This document shows positions 1 to 9,713 of a stretch of 64,000 nucleotides of DNA, piece by piece; within the stretch, counting starts at the first letter, position 1; each line of letters opens with the position of its first letter. A program made the translations under genes and the position numbers. The stretch comes from an uncultured archaeon. GTDB lineage: Archaea; Asgardarchaeota; Lokiarchaeia; Sigyniarchaeales; SOKP01. The notes beneath the pieces are model-generated. The model ran no database searches. It had not been told where the DNA came from and saw only the letters and a list, made by a program, of their open reading frames with translations. The stretch is taken from positions 35,532-99,531 of the forward strand of contig CAZOYD010000001.1 in assembly GCA_964583985.1 (NCBI GenBank). Reading direction: 5' to 3'.

Positions 1-461
1 TGCAGCATAAAATTAGAACAAAAATTGTGAGGATTTTTAATACTTCAGGGCCTCGCATACGCCATGGTCCAGAATTTGGAAGGGTAGTTCCTAATTTTAT
101 ACATCAAGCTCTTAATGATGAGGATATAACTGTTTTTGGTGATGGTTCCCAAACGAGATCATTCACATATGTAATGGATGAAATTGAAGGAATTTTAAAA
201 TTTGTACATAATAAAGAAGCTGTTGGGGAAGTTATTAATTTGGGTAATGTTAAAGAATATTCAATACAGGAATTAGCAAATTTAATAAAGGATTTGACCA
301 ATTCAAAATCAAGAATAATCTATAAATCCTTACCTGTTGATGATCCCGTACGTCGAAGTCCTGATATTACAAAAGCAAAAAAAATATTAAATTGGGAACC
401 AAAAACGTCATTAAAAGAAGCATTAGAAAAAACAATTTCATGGTTCAAGGATAATGAATGA
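1..461 (+). CDS. NAD-dependent epimerase/dehydratase (UDP-glucuronate decarboxylase-like), 5'-truncated by the window
   Basis: RIFNTxGPR, GRVVPNFI.QAL, GDGSQTRSFTYV and DDP.RRSPDI motifs; frame is open to the window edge. Confidence 0.9.
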   Translation, partial: QHKIRTKIVRIFNTSGPRIRHGPEFGRVVPNFIHQALNDEDITVFGDGSQTRSFTYVMDEIEGILKFVHNKEAVGEVINLGNVKEYSIQELANLIKDLTNSKSRIIYKSLPVDDPVRRSPDITKAKKILNWEPKTSLKEALEKTISWFKDNE

Positions 462-978
462 TACCATTAAGCCAGCAATTAAAAAAGAAGAACGATCAAG
501 TCGTTTAGAATTTGATAAATTATTGAAAATTCTGTTACTCATTGGAATAGTGGTGATCTCTGGGTTTATTTTGTATTACGTGCTAAAACCTGCACCAGGT
601 TCTATTTCCTTTGGAGTATTAAATTCTGAAATGAAATTAGATGATTATCCTACTAAACTTTCAGTGGGAGAAAATGCTTCTTTTTATGTCTTTGTTGAAA
701 ATCAGTTAATTCACGAGTTTACTTTTCGCCTAGAAATTTTGAAAGGGGATAATGAAACCATTAAAACTTCGTTAGGTTCTGAAAATGCCACTTCATATTT
801 AAACATCACAAACGTAAGAATCAATCACGGTGTTAGATGGATATCAGACATGTTAAAAGTTTCATTTGCTGAACCTGGAATAAACAATACAATAATAATG
901 GAGCTATGGGAAATAAAAATTGACCTAAAAGAAGTATTTTGGGATATTCTCTGGTTAGATCTAAATATAACCGTCTAG
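454..978 (+). CDS. DUF1616-like membrane-anchored protein
   Basis: One N-terminal TM helix, then F.VL....DYP..L.VGE and a C-terminal LWLxLNIT pattern. Confidence 0.65.
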   Translation: MNDTIKPAIKKEERSSRLEFDKLLKILLLIGIVVISGFILYYVLKPAPGSISFGVLNSEMKLDDYPTKLSVGENASFYVFVENQLIHEFTFRLEILKGDNETIKTSLGSENATSYLNITNVRINHGVRWISDMLKVSFAEPGINNTIIMELWEIKIDLKEVFWDILWLDLNITV

Positions 979-2351
979 GTCTGACTCCCAATGATTTGAA
1001 TATCGTCTATTCGTAAATAGGGAGCTTGATATGAACCAAAAGTTTCAAATTCAGAAGATTTATTATCAATTTTTTTAAATAACTCTAACAAATTTGTTCC
1101 TATCATTGTCTCATTTAGAGCAGGTCCGATTTCACCGTTCTCAATTATATTTCCGTGAAGAATCAGTCCTGAAAAATCACCAGTTGATAAATTAGGTCTA
1201 TCACCCGTGTATTCAAGCAATATTCCTTTCTTTATATCATCAAAAAGAGCGGTTTTTGCTATTTTTCCAGGTGATAAGATAAAATTAGAAATTCCTATTG
1301 AAGGAATTGAAGCATAAGAATGTCTTGAGGCATTTCCCGAGCTTTCTATTCCTTCTTTCCCTGCGGTATAGCTGTTATGTAATAATCCTCGGTCTAAGAA
1401 CTTTCCATTTTCGATAATCTTCTTATTTTGGCATGGAACACCTTCAGCGTCAAAAATGGCGGAACCCACTGCTCCATCAATTAAAGCGTTATCACTTATG
1501 GAAATTTGATCAGACCCAATCATTTCATTTCTTTTATCAACAAGGAATGTACGTTTATGCTGGAACGATTCTGCATTAATCGCGCTAGCAATTGGTTTTA
1601 AAATCAAACTGATAACCCCATTTGGAGTTAAGATAATGGGAGCTCTCATTGATTTTATTTTAGTTCGATTCAAATTTTGTTTGGCTTTATATAATGCGGT
1701 ACTTATAACTGACATCGGGTTGATCTTTTTTAAGATACGCTCAGACTGAAAATCGAAACCAAATGATGTATGACCTTTAATTTTGTCCTTTACAATTACA
1801 TTTGAGGAAATTGAACAAAAAGATTCTTTATTATCAACTTCCAACTTATTCGTGTTCAGGATTATATTTCTAGAAGTACTTGCTGTAAAATTTGCGGATT
1901 GAGAAATAGCTAAATCATCTTTATCGCAAATTCGAATTAACTCTTTTACATAATCAATAGAGTCTTCGATTTTTAATGATTGAATGTTATTATCATAGAG
2001 ATCGTTTACTTTTGGATATGAATTAAAAGGTTGTGGAAGATTTATAAAATCTGAATCTTGTGTTCCGGATTGCATCATTTTGATGGAATTATCAACCATC
2101 TGATCTATTGATCGCTTATTCAACCGATTTGTAAAGGAAAATCCAAGAGAACCGTTTCGTCCTATTGCTCTTATTGATACACCTTCATCACTACCGATTT
2201 CGCTATTTTTTATTGAATTCTCTTCTATCTCGATATTAAGATATTCGTTAAGACCGAAAAAAAATTCTGCACATTTTAAAGATGATTCATGTTTTTTAAG
2301 GGTATTAAATCCATGAGTTGCTAACTGATAAATATCCACCTCGTGCTCCAT
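975..2351 (-). CDS. pmbA: TldD/PmbA family protein, PmbA (TldE)-like subunit
   Basis: GVSIR...GFSFT, FDAEGVP, GNASR, TGDFS; lacks HExxH; directly follows tldD. Confidence 0.85.
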   Translation of the reverse strand: MEHEVDIYQLATHGFNTLKKHESSLKCAEFFFGLNEYLNIEIEENSIKNSEIGSDEGVSIRAIGRNGSLGFSFTNRLNKRSIDQMVDNSIKMMQSGTQDSDFINLPQPFNSYPKVNDLYDNNIQSLKIEDSIDYVKELIRICDKDDLAISQSANFTASTSRNIILNTNKLEVDNKESFCSISSNVIVKDKIKGHTSFGFDFQSERILKKINPMSVISTALYKAKQNLNRTKIKSMRAPIILTPNGVISLILKPIASAINAESFQHKRTFLVDKRNEMIGSDQISISDNALIDGAVGSAIFDAEGVPCQNKKIIENGKFLDRGLLHNSYTAGKEGIESSGNASRHSYASIPSIGISNFILSPGKIAKTALFDDIKKGILLEYTGDRPNLSTGDFSGLILHGNIIENGEIGPALNETMIGTNLLELFKKIDNKSSEFETFGSYQAPYLRIDDIQIIGSQT

Positions 2352-3809
2352 TTAATTCAATCCCCCTACGGTCAAATCATCAATTCTTATATATGGTCCT
2401 CCATCGCAAACTCTTATTCCTTGACCTCCCTTACCACAAATCCCATCAGAATAATTAAAGGTACTTTCATTTCCTATAGCAGAAATTTTTTTTAGCACAT
2501 CGAGAGTCATGCCTCCGAAGGATACATCTCTTAAATTTTCTTTTTTTTCTCCATTTTCTATTTTTGTTGAGATTCTACATTTAAACTGAAAGTTTCCCGT
2601 TGTTGGATCAGTATATCCATATTGGAAATCTTCGCATAATATCCCTTGTTTTGTATCTTCAATCATTTCATCAAGATTCCAATCTTTAGGCTCTAAGAAG
2701 GTAAAACCCATTCTTACTTGCGGCTTTGAGCTATTTGAATTTGCTCTTCCATGCCCATTAGGATCATGGTTCATTCTGGATGCTGTTTCTAAAGAATGTA
2801 TAAAATTTTGGAGAACTCCATGCTTAATAATGACGGTTTTTTGAGCGGGAGTCCCCTCTTCGTCAATAAAATAACATCCAAATAATTCATAAGGTAGATT
2901 TAATTTTTCCCCTTGTCCAAAACGCGGATCATCAATAACGGACACATCTTCTATTGCAATTTTTTCCCCAATTTTTCCTATAAGTATGCTTTCTTTATTT
3001 AAAACTAAATCTGCTTCACAAGCATGACCTAATGCTTCATGAATAAATGTTCCCGTCAATTTAGAATCTAAAATAACTCTAAAACTTCCTCCTAAGGGTG
3101 ATTTAGCATTTAGTAAATTAATTGCTTGTTCAGAAGATTTTTTACTTAAAGATATGGCTTTTTCTGTATTCATGACTTCAAATCCTCCGACTGCACCTAT
3201 GGAATTAGTTCCATTTTGAATGATGCCTTTACTTTGGGCATAAACTGATGAAAATAAGCGAAGAATTTCTAATTCTTGATTAACTTTGGTCCCATATGCA
3301 TCTAAAAATACCAGATTAACATGACTATCTAAATAAATCGTTCTCGTATTTTTTATCAATTTTGAATAGTTGGAAGCAATCGATTCGTGACCCTTTACTA
3401 ATTCAATTTTTTCTGTTATATCGACATCTTCTAATTTTCTTTTACTGTTAATCTTAAAATCTTGAGTTAAAGCATCCTTTTCTTTGATATGAAACTTGAA
3501 TTTACATAATGATGAGGACAATTTTGCCAACTTTATGGCATTATCAAATTCATCCAATAAATTTTGTTTTGACGCACTTTTTAGCACGCGAAATCCCCAC
3601 CCCCCTTCATTAAATGTTCGTATGCTGCAACCAGTGAGTAAATATGAAGTTATCTCCTTACTTTTCTCATCTGAAAATTCGATTGTATTACCTTTACTCA
3701 GACCTGCACGAATATCCCAATATTCAACTTTATTTCTAGCTTTATCATGTAATTGATCTATTAAATCATCAGGAAAGAGAAGTAATTCGTTATCTTCTGC
3801 CATTTTCAT
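2352..3809 (-). CDS. tldD: TldD metalloprotease
   Basis: HEALGH zinc motif, DEEG, NGHGRA, CGKGGQ, GGPY. Confidence 0.9.
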   Translation of the reverse strand: MKMAEDNELLLFPDDLIDQLHDKARNKVEYWDIRAGLSKGNTIEFSDEKSKEITSYLLTGCSIRTFNEGGWGFRVLKSASKQNLLDEFDNAIKLAKLSSSLCKFKFHIKEKDALTQDFKINSKRKLEDVDITEKIELVKGHESIASNYSKLIKNTRTIYLDSHVNLVFLDAYGTKVNQELEILRLFSSVYAQSKGIIQNGTNSIGAVGGFEVMNTEKAISLSKKSSEQAINLLNAKSPLGGSFRVILDSKLTGTFIHEALGHACEADLVLNKESILIGKIGEKIAIEDVSVIDDPRFGQGEKLNLPYELFGCYFIDEEGTPAQKTVIIKHGVLQNFIHSLETASRMNHDPNGHGRANSNSSKPQVRMGFTFLEPKDWNLDEMIEDTKQGILCEDFQYGYTDPTTGNFQFKCRISTKIENGEKKENLRDVSFGGMTLDVLKKISAIGNESTFNYSDGICGKGGQGIRVCDGGPYIRIDDLTVGGLN

Positions 3810-3896
3810 TAACTCAATTTAAAAAGAAGTAAATTATTTGAATTTTAACAATAATTATGCTTAAAAAAGAGGAAGGAAATTTAGCTTTTTTGTTTT

Positions 3897-4160
3897 TTAC
3901 TCAATTTTGCTCTTAATGTTGCTTTTAACTCGTATAAGATTAGTTGAAAATGATTCAGTTACTATTTTTCCTTTTAGTTGTTTAATTATCAAGATTGCTT
4001 CTTTGAGGGAGCATTTGCGTGATATTTTAATTGAATTTTTAAATTGGAAAGTCCTATTACACTTCCAACATTTCTTAGATTTTATGATTTTATTACTGTA
4101 GTACCATTCACCACAATGATAACAACGGAAGAAAAAGAATCTTGTCATAATTGTGTCCAA
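3897..4160 (-). CDS. Small zinc-ribbon protein (DUF1922-like)
   Basis: FRCYHCG...KKCWKCN, two CxxC pairs. Confidence 0.65.
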   Translation of the reverse strand: MDTIMTRFFFFRCYHCGEWYYSNKIIKSKKCWKCNRTFQFKNSIKISRKCSLKEAILIIKQLKGKIVTESFSTNLIRVKSNIKSKIE

Positions 4161-4339
4161 TAATATTCCAAACTTAAAAATGAAGGTCAGTTTCTTAAAT
4201 TATTGATTTTTAAAACATTCTTCAAGTATATTTAGAATATATATACCTATATAGGTTATATTGGTAAACTATTAAGTATATTTATAGATTATATTCAATC
4301 GTCAGTAATTTATATTTATAACTATCTAAAAAGAAGTGA

Positions 4340-4453
4340 ATGTTGGAAATTACGATGAAGAAGTGGATTTTATATTCTCTTATTTTAATGTTTGGAATAA
4401 TCATTGGAGTTATTTTCGCGGTAATCGATAGTTATATTAGATCATTTGTATAA
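4340..4453 (+). CDS. Putative 37-aa single-pass membrane peptide (not in ORF track)
   Basis: ATG 4340 (alternative in-frame ATG 4355) to TAA 4451-4453: MLEITMKKWILYSLILMFGIIIGVIFAVIDSYIRSFV; KK followed by a ~20-aa hydrophobic run; ends 25 nt before the binding-protein gene. Confidence 0.55.
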   Translation: MLEITMKKWILYSLILMFGIIIGVIFAVIDSYIRSFV

Positions 4454-4478
4454 AATTCTTGGATTATGGTAAATTACA

Positions 4479-5600
4479 ATGTCATATAGCCGTAAAATCA
4501 AAAAAAACAAGAAAGGGACCTATTTTTTATTATTTATTATAGGATTTTTGATTGGGGCATTATCTACAACTTTTATGTTAGAAAGTAGAGAAGACGCAAT
4601 TCATATTAGTATTGTTTATAGTTCAGAGAAAGCAAGTTGGATGACAATTGCTTATAGCAATTTCATAAATCAGTGGGAAATCAATAATCCAGATGTTAAG
4701 ATAAAAATTGATATGCATCCTTATGGTTCTTCAGATTCAATAATAAGTATTTTAAACGGCGAGATTTTCCCGACAATTTGGAGCCCAGCAAGTTCAATTT
4801 GGTTACCCTTTTTAAATACAAAGTGGAACGAATTGACAGGAGAAGCATCTATCGTAGATTTTAATGAGACTATTCGGATAATTTATTCACCTATTGTAAT
4901 TGCAACATGGGAATCATTCAATCATACTTATAATATCAAAGGATTTTCAGATTTACATAACTTAAACTTAAACCCAAATATTGATGTGAAAATGGCGCAT
5001 ACAGATCCGAGGTTATCAAACTCCGGATTTATGAGTGTTATCATGGCTGTTTCTGCCGCGTCCGGTACTACCTCAAAAAATCTTACAATGAATGATCTTA
5101 CAAATACAAATTATCAACAGTGGTTAAAAGATTTCGAGTCAAGTGCGATCATGTATGGAAAATCTACGGGTTTTTTAGCAAGTTATATGAAAACTCAAGG
5201 TCCATCGGAATTAAATGTGGCTTTTCTTTATGAAAATTTAATAAGAGACATTTCAAGTACAGCAGAAGGGGGGAAAATTATTGCAATATATCCTGAAGAA
5301 GGTACTTTGTATAGTGACCATCCCTTTTGCATATTAAATGCTAATTGGATTACTCCAGATCAAAGAATGGTTGCAAATGCTTTTTTAGATTATTTAAATC
5401 AAACTAGTACGATTGAATCGGCTATGGAATATGGTTTTCGTCCAATCGATACTTCAATACCACTAGATCCTGAAGTATTTAATTATGAAAACAATGGTAT
5501 AGCTTTTGAAATAAATGTCCCTGAGCTAAATGCTCCAATGGATGGAACTGTCCTATTAAAAATACCAGATTTGTGGTTATTATGTAAAGCCACTGCGTGA
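4479..5600 (+). CDS. ABC transporter substrate-binding protein (type usually fused to a vWA domain)
   Basis: N-terminal basic + TM anchor; SSEK, WSPASS, SPIV, HTDP..SNSG, STG, YEN, YPxEGT..SDHP, GFRP motifs. Confidence 0.8.
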   Translation: MSYSRKIKKNKKGTYFLLFIIGFLIGALSTTFMLESREDAIHISIVYSSEKASWMTIAYSNFINQWEINNPDVKIKIDMHPYGSSDSIISILNGEIFPTIWSPASSIWLPFLNTKWNELTGEASIVDFNETIRIIYSPIVIATWESFNHTYNIKGFSDLHNLNLNPNIDVKMAHTDPRLSNSGFMSVIMAVSAASGTTSKNLTMNDLTNTNYQQWLKDFESSAIMYGKSTGFLASYMKTQGPSELNVAFLYENLIRDISSTAEGGKIIAIYPEEGTLYSDHPFCILNANWITPDQRMVANAFLDYLNQTSTIESAMEYGFRPIDTSIPLDPEVFNYENNGIAFEINVPELNAPMDGTVLLKIPDLWLLCKATA

Positions 5601-7303
5601 ATTTATATAATTTAGGTGATATTTTGAGTAAGTTAAGCAAAGCGTTGCAAGACCAAGAATTAAAGAATGTTCAGATGCCATTTAGTCTAAAATTTGATCG
5701 TTTCTTTTCCAAACCAATCTATCGAAAAAGCCTTGATATTATTACTATACTTTTCTTCACTTTAGTTATAATTGGTCCAATAATTAACATATTCTCTACA
5801 ATATTCTTAAATATTCCTTCCATATATCATGACGTGTTTAATGATGAATTAATTGGAGATTTGCAATGGTTGAATATTTTAAACTCACTAGGTGTTTCTT
5901 TCTCGATAGCTACTATTGCCGTAATTGTTGATATTGTTATAGCCTTTCCTATAGCTATAATTTTGACTAGATACGACTTTAGAGGGAAAAAAATTCTTGA
6001 CGCGCTTGTAGATTTACCCATGGCTGTTCCTACGAGTGCTTTAGGTTTTTCAGTTTTATTATTTTGGGGAATTTTTGGGATAAGTCCTGGGATGATATTG
6101 ATAATACTAGGTCATATTGTATTTACGTTTCCGTACATTGTAAGAAACTTGAAAATTGTGTTAGAAAAGGCAGCAATCTTGTATGAAGATGCTGCTAGGA
6201 CTCTTGGAGCATCAGGAATCACAGTGTTCAGAACCATTACACTTCCAATGATGAAAGAAGGATTAATTGCTGGAGCTATTCTTTCTTTTACGAGAAGTCT
6301 TGGTGAAACTGGGGCCACACTTATCCTTTCGGGTTTAGTAGAGACAGCGCCCATTTTAATTGTAGGATTTCGTAGACAATTGGAACTTCCAAGTGCATCA
6401 TTGCTTGCTGGAATTTTGATTGCGATATCTATAACTTTATTATTTTCCATTAAATTTTTTTCAAGAAGAGGGAGTTTTTCAGTAAAAAGAGTTTGGCCAA
6501 ATTTAGAGAGAACTTTGAGTCGTAAAACTTTAAGACATTTGAGGGATATTTTAGCCATAATCATTTTAATCATTGTAATACTAATACCTTCATTTTATAT
6601 TATTAGTCGAATTAATGAAGGAAATTTATTTGAAGAATTATTCTTAGGACAAGATTATAAATGGGTTTATCTATACATGAGTTTGATGAGTTCCATTCAA
6701 ATAGGAGCACTCGCAGTTATAATCAATTTAGGTTTTGGAATTCCTTTTGCTTTTATTATAACTAAACGTGAATGGGGAAAAATTATTACGATTTTAGATA
6801 CCATACTCGATATCCCTTTAGCAATTCCTTCAGCAGCTTTAGGTTTTGCTATTTTCTTATTTTGGGGTCCTGCTGGCATTGGTTTATTTCAACCCGGGTT
6901 TTTTATGATATTATTTGTTCATGTGACTTTTACTTTTCCATATATGGTACGACCAATCATTGGTGTTTTAGAATCTTCTGATGTTGGAATAGAAGAAGCA
7001 GCCAGAACGTTAGGAGCATCTAATATGACCGTCTTTAGGAAGATTACTGCTCCAAGCATTAAACAAGGAATTATAGCAGGTTGTATAATGGTATTTACAC
7101 GATCATTAGGAGAAACAGGAGCTACCATCGTTGTAATGGGAAATATTCGCACTATTCCAGTATTGATTGTAGATTGGGTTGAGGCTAATAATATTGCAAG
7201 TGCAATTTTTGCCAGTACAGTGGTAATAATTTTCAGTGCTTTTCTAATTTTTGCATTAAGAGCAGTAACTAATAGGAGGACGAAAATGATTGCCAAAAAT
7301 TAA
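5597..7303 (+). CDS. ABC transporter permease with two fused CysT/ModB-like modules
   Basis: Duplicated DLP.A.P..ALG, EAA loop (EDAARTLGAS / EEAARTLGAS) and RSLGETGAT; true start may be TTG ~5624 after AGGTGA. Confidence 0.9.
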   Translation: MNLYNLGDILSKLSKALQDQELKNVQMPFSLKFDRFFSKPIYRKSLDIITILFFTLVIIGPIINIFSTIFLNIPSIYHDVFNDELIGDLQWLNILNSLGVSFSIATIAVIVDIVIAFPIAIILTRYDFRGKKILDALVDLPMAVPTSALGFSVLLFWGIFGISPGMILIILGHIVFTFPYIVRNLKIVLEKAAILYEDAARTLGASGITVFRTITLPMMKEGLIAGAILSFTRSLGETGATLILSGLVETAPILIVGFRRQLELPSASLLAGILIAISITLLFSIKFFSRRGSFSVKRVWPNLERTLSRKTLRHLRDILAIIILIIVILIPSFYIISRINEGNLFEELFLGQDYKWVYLYMSLMSSIQIGALAVIINLGFGIPFAFIITKREWGKIITILDTILDIPLAIPSAALGFAIFLFWGPAGIGLFQPGFFMILFVHVTFTFPYMVRPIIGVLESSDVGIEEAARTLGASNMTVFRKITAPSIKQGIIAGCIMVFTRSLGETGATIVVMGNIRTIPVLIVDWVEANNIASAIFASTVVIIFSAFLIFALRAVTNRRTKMIAKN

Positions 7304-8435
7304 ATTGATTAATATTACAAAGACTTTTGATGAGGGAAAAGTTTTAGCAGTAGATAACATCTCTCTAACGATTGAAGATGGAGATTATGTTTTTCTACTT
7401 GGGCCTAGTGGATGTGGAAAAACTACTACTTTAAGAATGATAGCGGGTTTGGAAAAACCAACGAAGGGAAAAATTTTAATAGATGAGAAAGACGTTGACG
7501 GAATTCCTCCTGAAGATCGGGATATGGGCTTTATTTTTCAGCATTTTGAAATTTTTCATCATCTTACAGTATGGGAGAATGTGACATTTGGTTTAGAAAT
7601 GCGTGGTTATGAAGAAAGTTATATTATTAAGAAAGCTAAAAAAGCATTGGAAATCGTGGGATTATTGAATTATGCGGATGAATTCCCTTCAATTTTTGGA
7701 AACCCGGGTTTGCAAAAGTTAGGAATAGCGAGAGCAATAGCAACGGGTGCAAAAATTTTAATTATGGATGAACCTTTAGGATCTTTGGACCCAAAGGTTT
7801 CTAAGGTCTTTCGGCATGAATTAAGAAATCTCATCAAGGATTTAAGATTAACAGCTATTCATGTTACCCATAACCAAGAAGAAGCTATGGCAATCGCGGA
7901 CAAAATAATTATTATGCGAGCTGGTAAAATACTTCAAATGGGATCACCTTATGAATTATATGAAAACCCAAATAGTATATTTGTTGCCAATTTTTTAGGA
8001 GAAACAAATTTTCTTCAAGGATTTGTTTTAAAACTATTAGAAGACAATACCATGCAAGTATGGATTCGTTTAGGTGGACCTAAATTATTGTGTGAAAATA
8101 AACAACATAAATTTAATTTGGATGATAATATTTTAATCGCTTTTAGATTTGAAGATGTGTATTTATTTCCAAAAAATTATAATTTTGAAGATAGTTATTA
8201 TGATTGGTCAAAAATGCAATTTTTTAAAGCATCTTTAGATTCCTCTAGATTTGTTGGAGCAACAAAACGCTTTTATTTTAGTTTGGATAATGGTGATAAA
8301 TTTGTATCAGTAAAACCGGGAAGTTATGAAGAGAATTACCAAAAAGGTGATGAAATGATTATAGCAGTTCATTTGAATGATATACATGTTTTTAAAACCC
8401 CAAAAAATCTATTCCATGAATTATCTTTATCCTAA
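7290..8435 (+). CDS. ABC ATPase 1 (PotA/CysA/MalK-like) with degenerate signature motif
   Basis: Walker A GPSGCGKT, Q-loop FIFQ, Walker B ILIMDEP, H-loop VTH; signature reads FGNPG instead of LSGGQ. Confidence 0.9.
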   Translation: MPKIKLINITKTFDEGKVLAVDNISLTIEDGDYVFLLGPSGCGKTTTLRMIAGLEKPTKGKILIDEKDVDGIPPEDRDMGFIFQHFEIFHHLTVWENVTFGLEMRGYEESYIIKKAKKALEIVGLLNYADEFPSIFGNPGLQKLGIARAIATGAKILIMDEPLGSLDPKVSKVFRHELRNLIKDLRLTAIHVTHNQEEAMAIADKIIIMRAGKILQMGSPYELYENPNSIFVANFLGETNFLQGFVLKLLEDNTMQVWIRLGGPKLLCENKQHKFNLDDNILIAFRFEDVYLFPKNYNFEDSYYDWSKMQFFKASLDSSRFVGATKRFYFSLDNGDKFVSVKPGSYEENYQKGDEMIIAVHLNDIHVFKTPKNLFHELSLS

Positions 8436-8453
8436 AAAAGGAGTGTAATCAAA

Positions 8454-9674
8454 GTGGTAACTATTAAATTAGAAAATATATCTAAATCTTTTAGAAATTT
8501 CAAAGCGCTTGATAATATTAATCTAGAAATTAAAGACAAAGAATATTTTATTCTTCTTGGACCTACTGGTGCCGGTAAAACGACATTATTAAAGGTTATT
8601 GCAGGACTTATAAAACCAGATTCTGGTAATATTTATTTTGATGGAACAAATGCATCAACATTATCTCCAGAAGAAAGAAATCTAGGATTCATGTTTGAAA
8701 ATTATGCGTTATTCCCGCATATGAATATATATGATAACATATCTTATAGTAGTCGAGTAAATGCTAGAGATGTAGATCAAACAAAAATGATTGTAGATCA
8801 AGTTTTAATGATGACGCTTCTAACTGGAAGAAATAATGCATTTCCAGAAGAAATGAGCGGTGGAATGAAACAGCGCGTGGCTCTATGTCGTGCATTAATG
8901 AATCTAGAACAAAGTAAATTATTAATTTTAGATGAACCATTAAAAGCTTTAGATGCAGGACTTAGAATGGATTTAAGGAGAGAATTATTATTAATGGCCA
9001 AATCAGAGCAATTAGAACTTACAGTTATCCATGTTACAAATGAGGAAGAAGAAGCAATGATGGTTGCTGATAGAATAGCAATTATTGATAATGGTCAAAT
9101 CATACAAGTCGGAACTCCCGATGAAATTTATTACCATCCCAAAAACCTCTTTGTTGCTAATTTTATGAGTGAAATCAATTATTTTGAGGGAAAATGTATA
9201 AAAAATATTGAACCCCCTTGGGATATTTATAAAAAATCAAAGAGGGGAGATAAGTTTTTTGAGAAAATACATGAAGACTCAGTCCCTAAATTAATTGATA
9301 TAGGACAGGAGAATAAATTTGCGACTTATGTACATAAATCAGTTAGCGAAGAAATTGATGAGGAAAATATATTATTGGTGGTTCGAGCAAATCATATGAA
9401 GTTAAGATTGGGCAATCGGCTTAATCAGAAAAATAATGCGTTTTTTGGGAAAATAATTCGCCGTAAATTCATGGGTGTATTTTATAGGTTCGAAGTATTG
9501 GTAAAATTTAATGACTTTGATAAAATTATAATCGTTGTAATTCCTGCAAGCAGTGAAATTCATGAAACCTTTCAAGTAGGTTTAGATGTGACAGTTTATT
9601 TTCCTAAGGAGTTAGGAATTATCGTTAAAAACCCTGGGAAAGAAGAAATTGCTAATATATTAAAATTAGAATAA
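8454..9674 (+). CDS. ABC ATPase 2 with degenerate Q-loop and H-loop
   Basis: GPTGAGKT, signature MSGGM, LLILDEP; Q-loop FMFE, H-loop VTN; GGAG upstream of the GTG start. Confidence 0.9.
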   Translation: MVTIKLENISKSFRNFKALDNINLEIKDKEYFILLGPTGAGKTTLLKVIAGLIKPDSGNIYFDGTNASTLSPEERNLGFMFENYALFPHMNIYDNISYSSRVNARDVDQTKMIVDQVLMMTLLTGRNNAFPEEMSGGMKQRVALCRALMNLEQSKLLILDEPLKALDAGLRMDLRRELLLMAKSEQLELTVIHVTNEEEEAMMVADRIAIIDNGQIIQVGTPDEIYYHPKNLFVANFMSEINYFEGKCIKNIEPPWDIYKKSKRGDKFFEKIHEDSVPKLIDIGQENKFATYVHKSVSEEIDEENILLVVRANHMKLRLGNRLNQKNNAFFGKIIRRKFMGVFYRFEVLVKFNDFDKIIIVVIPASSEIHETFQVGLDVTVYFPKELGIIVKNPGKEEIANILKLE

Positions 9675-9713
9675 ATAAAAAAGATAAAAAATTAGAAAAT
9701 ATGGAGGAAAAGT

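Noticed and set aside
975-3809. TldD/PmbA pair as part of a peptide-maturation (RiPP) cluster
   Set aside because: No precursor peptide or modification enzymes adjacent; the pair is a common archaeal housekeeping arrangement
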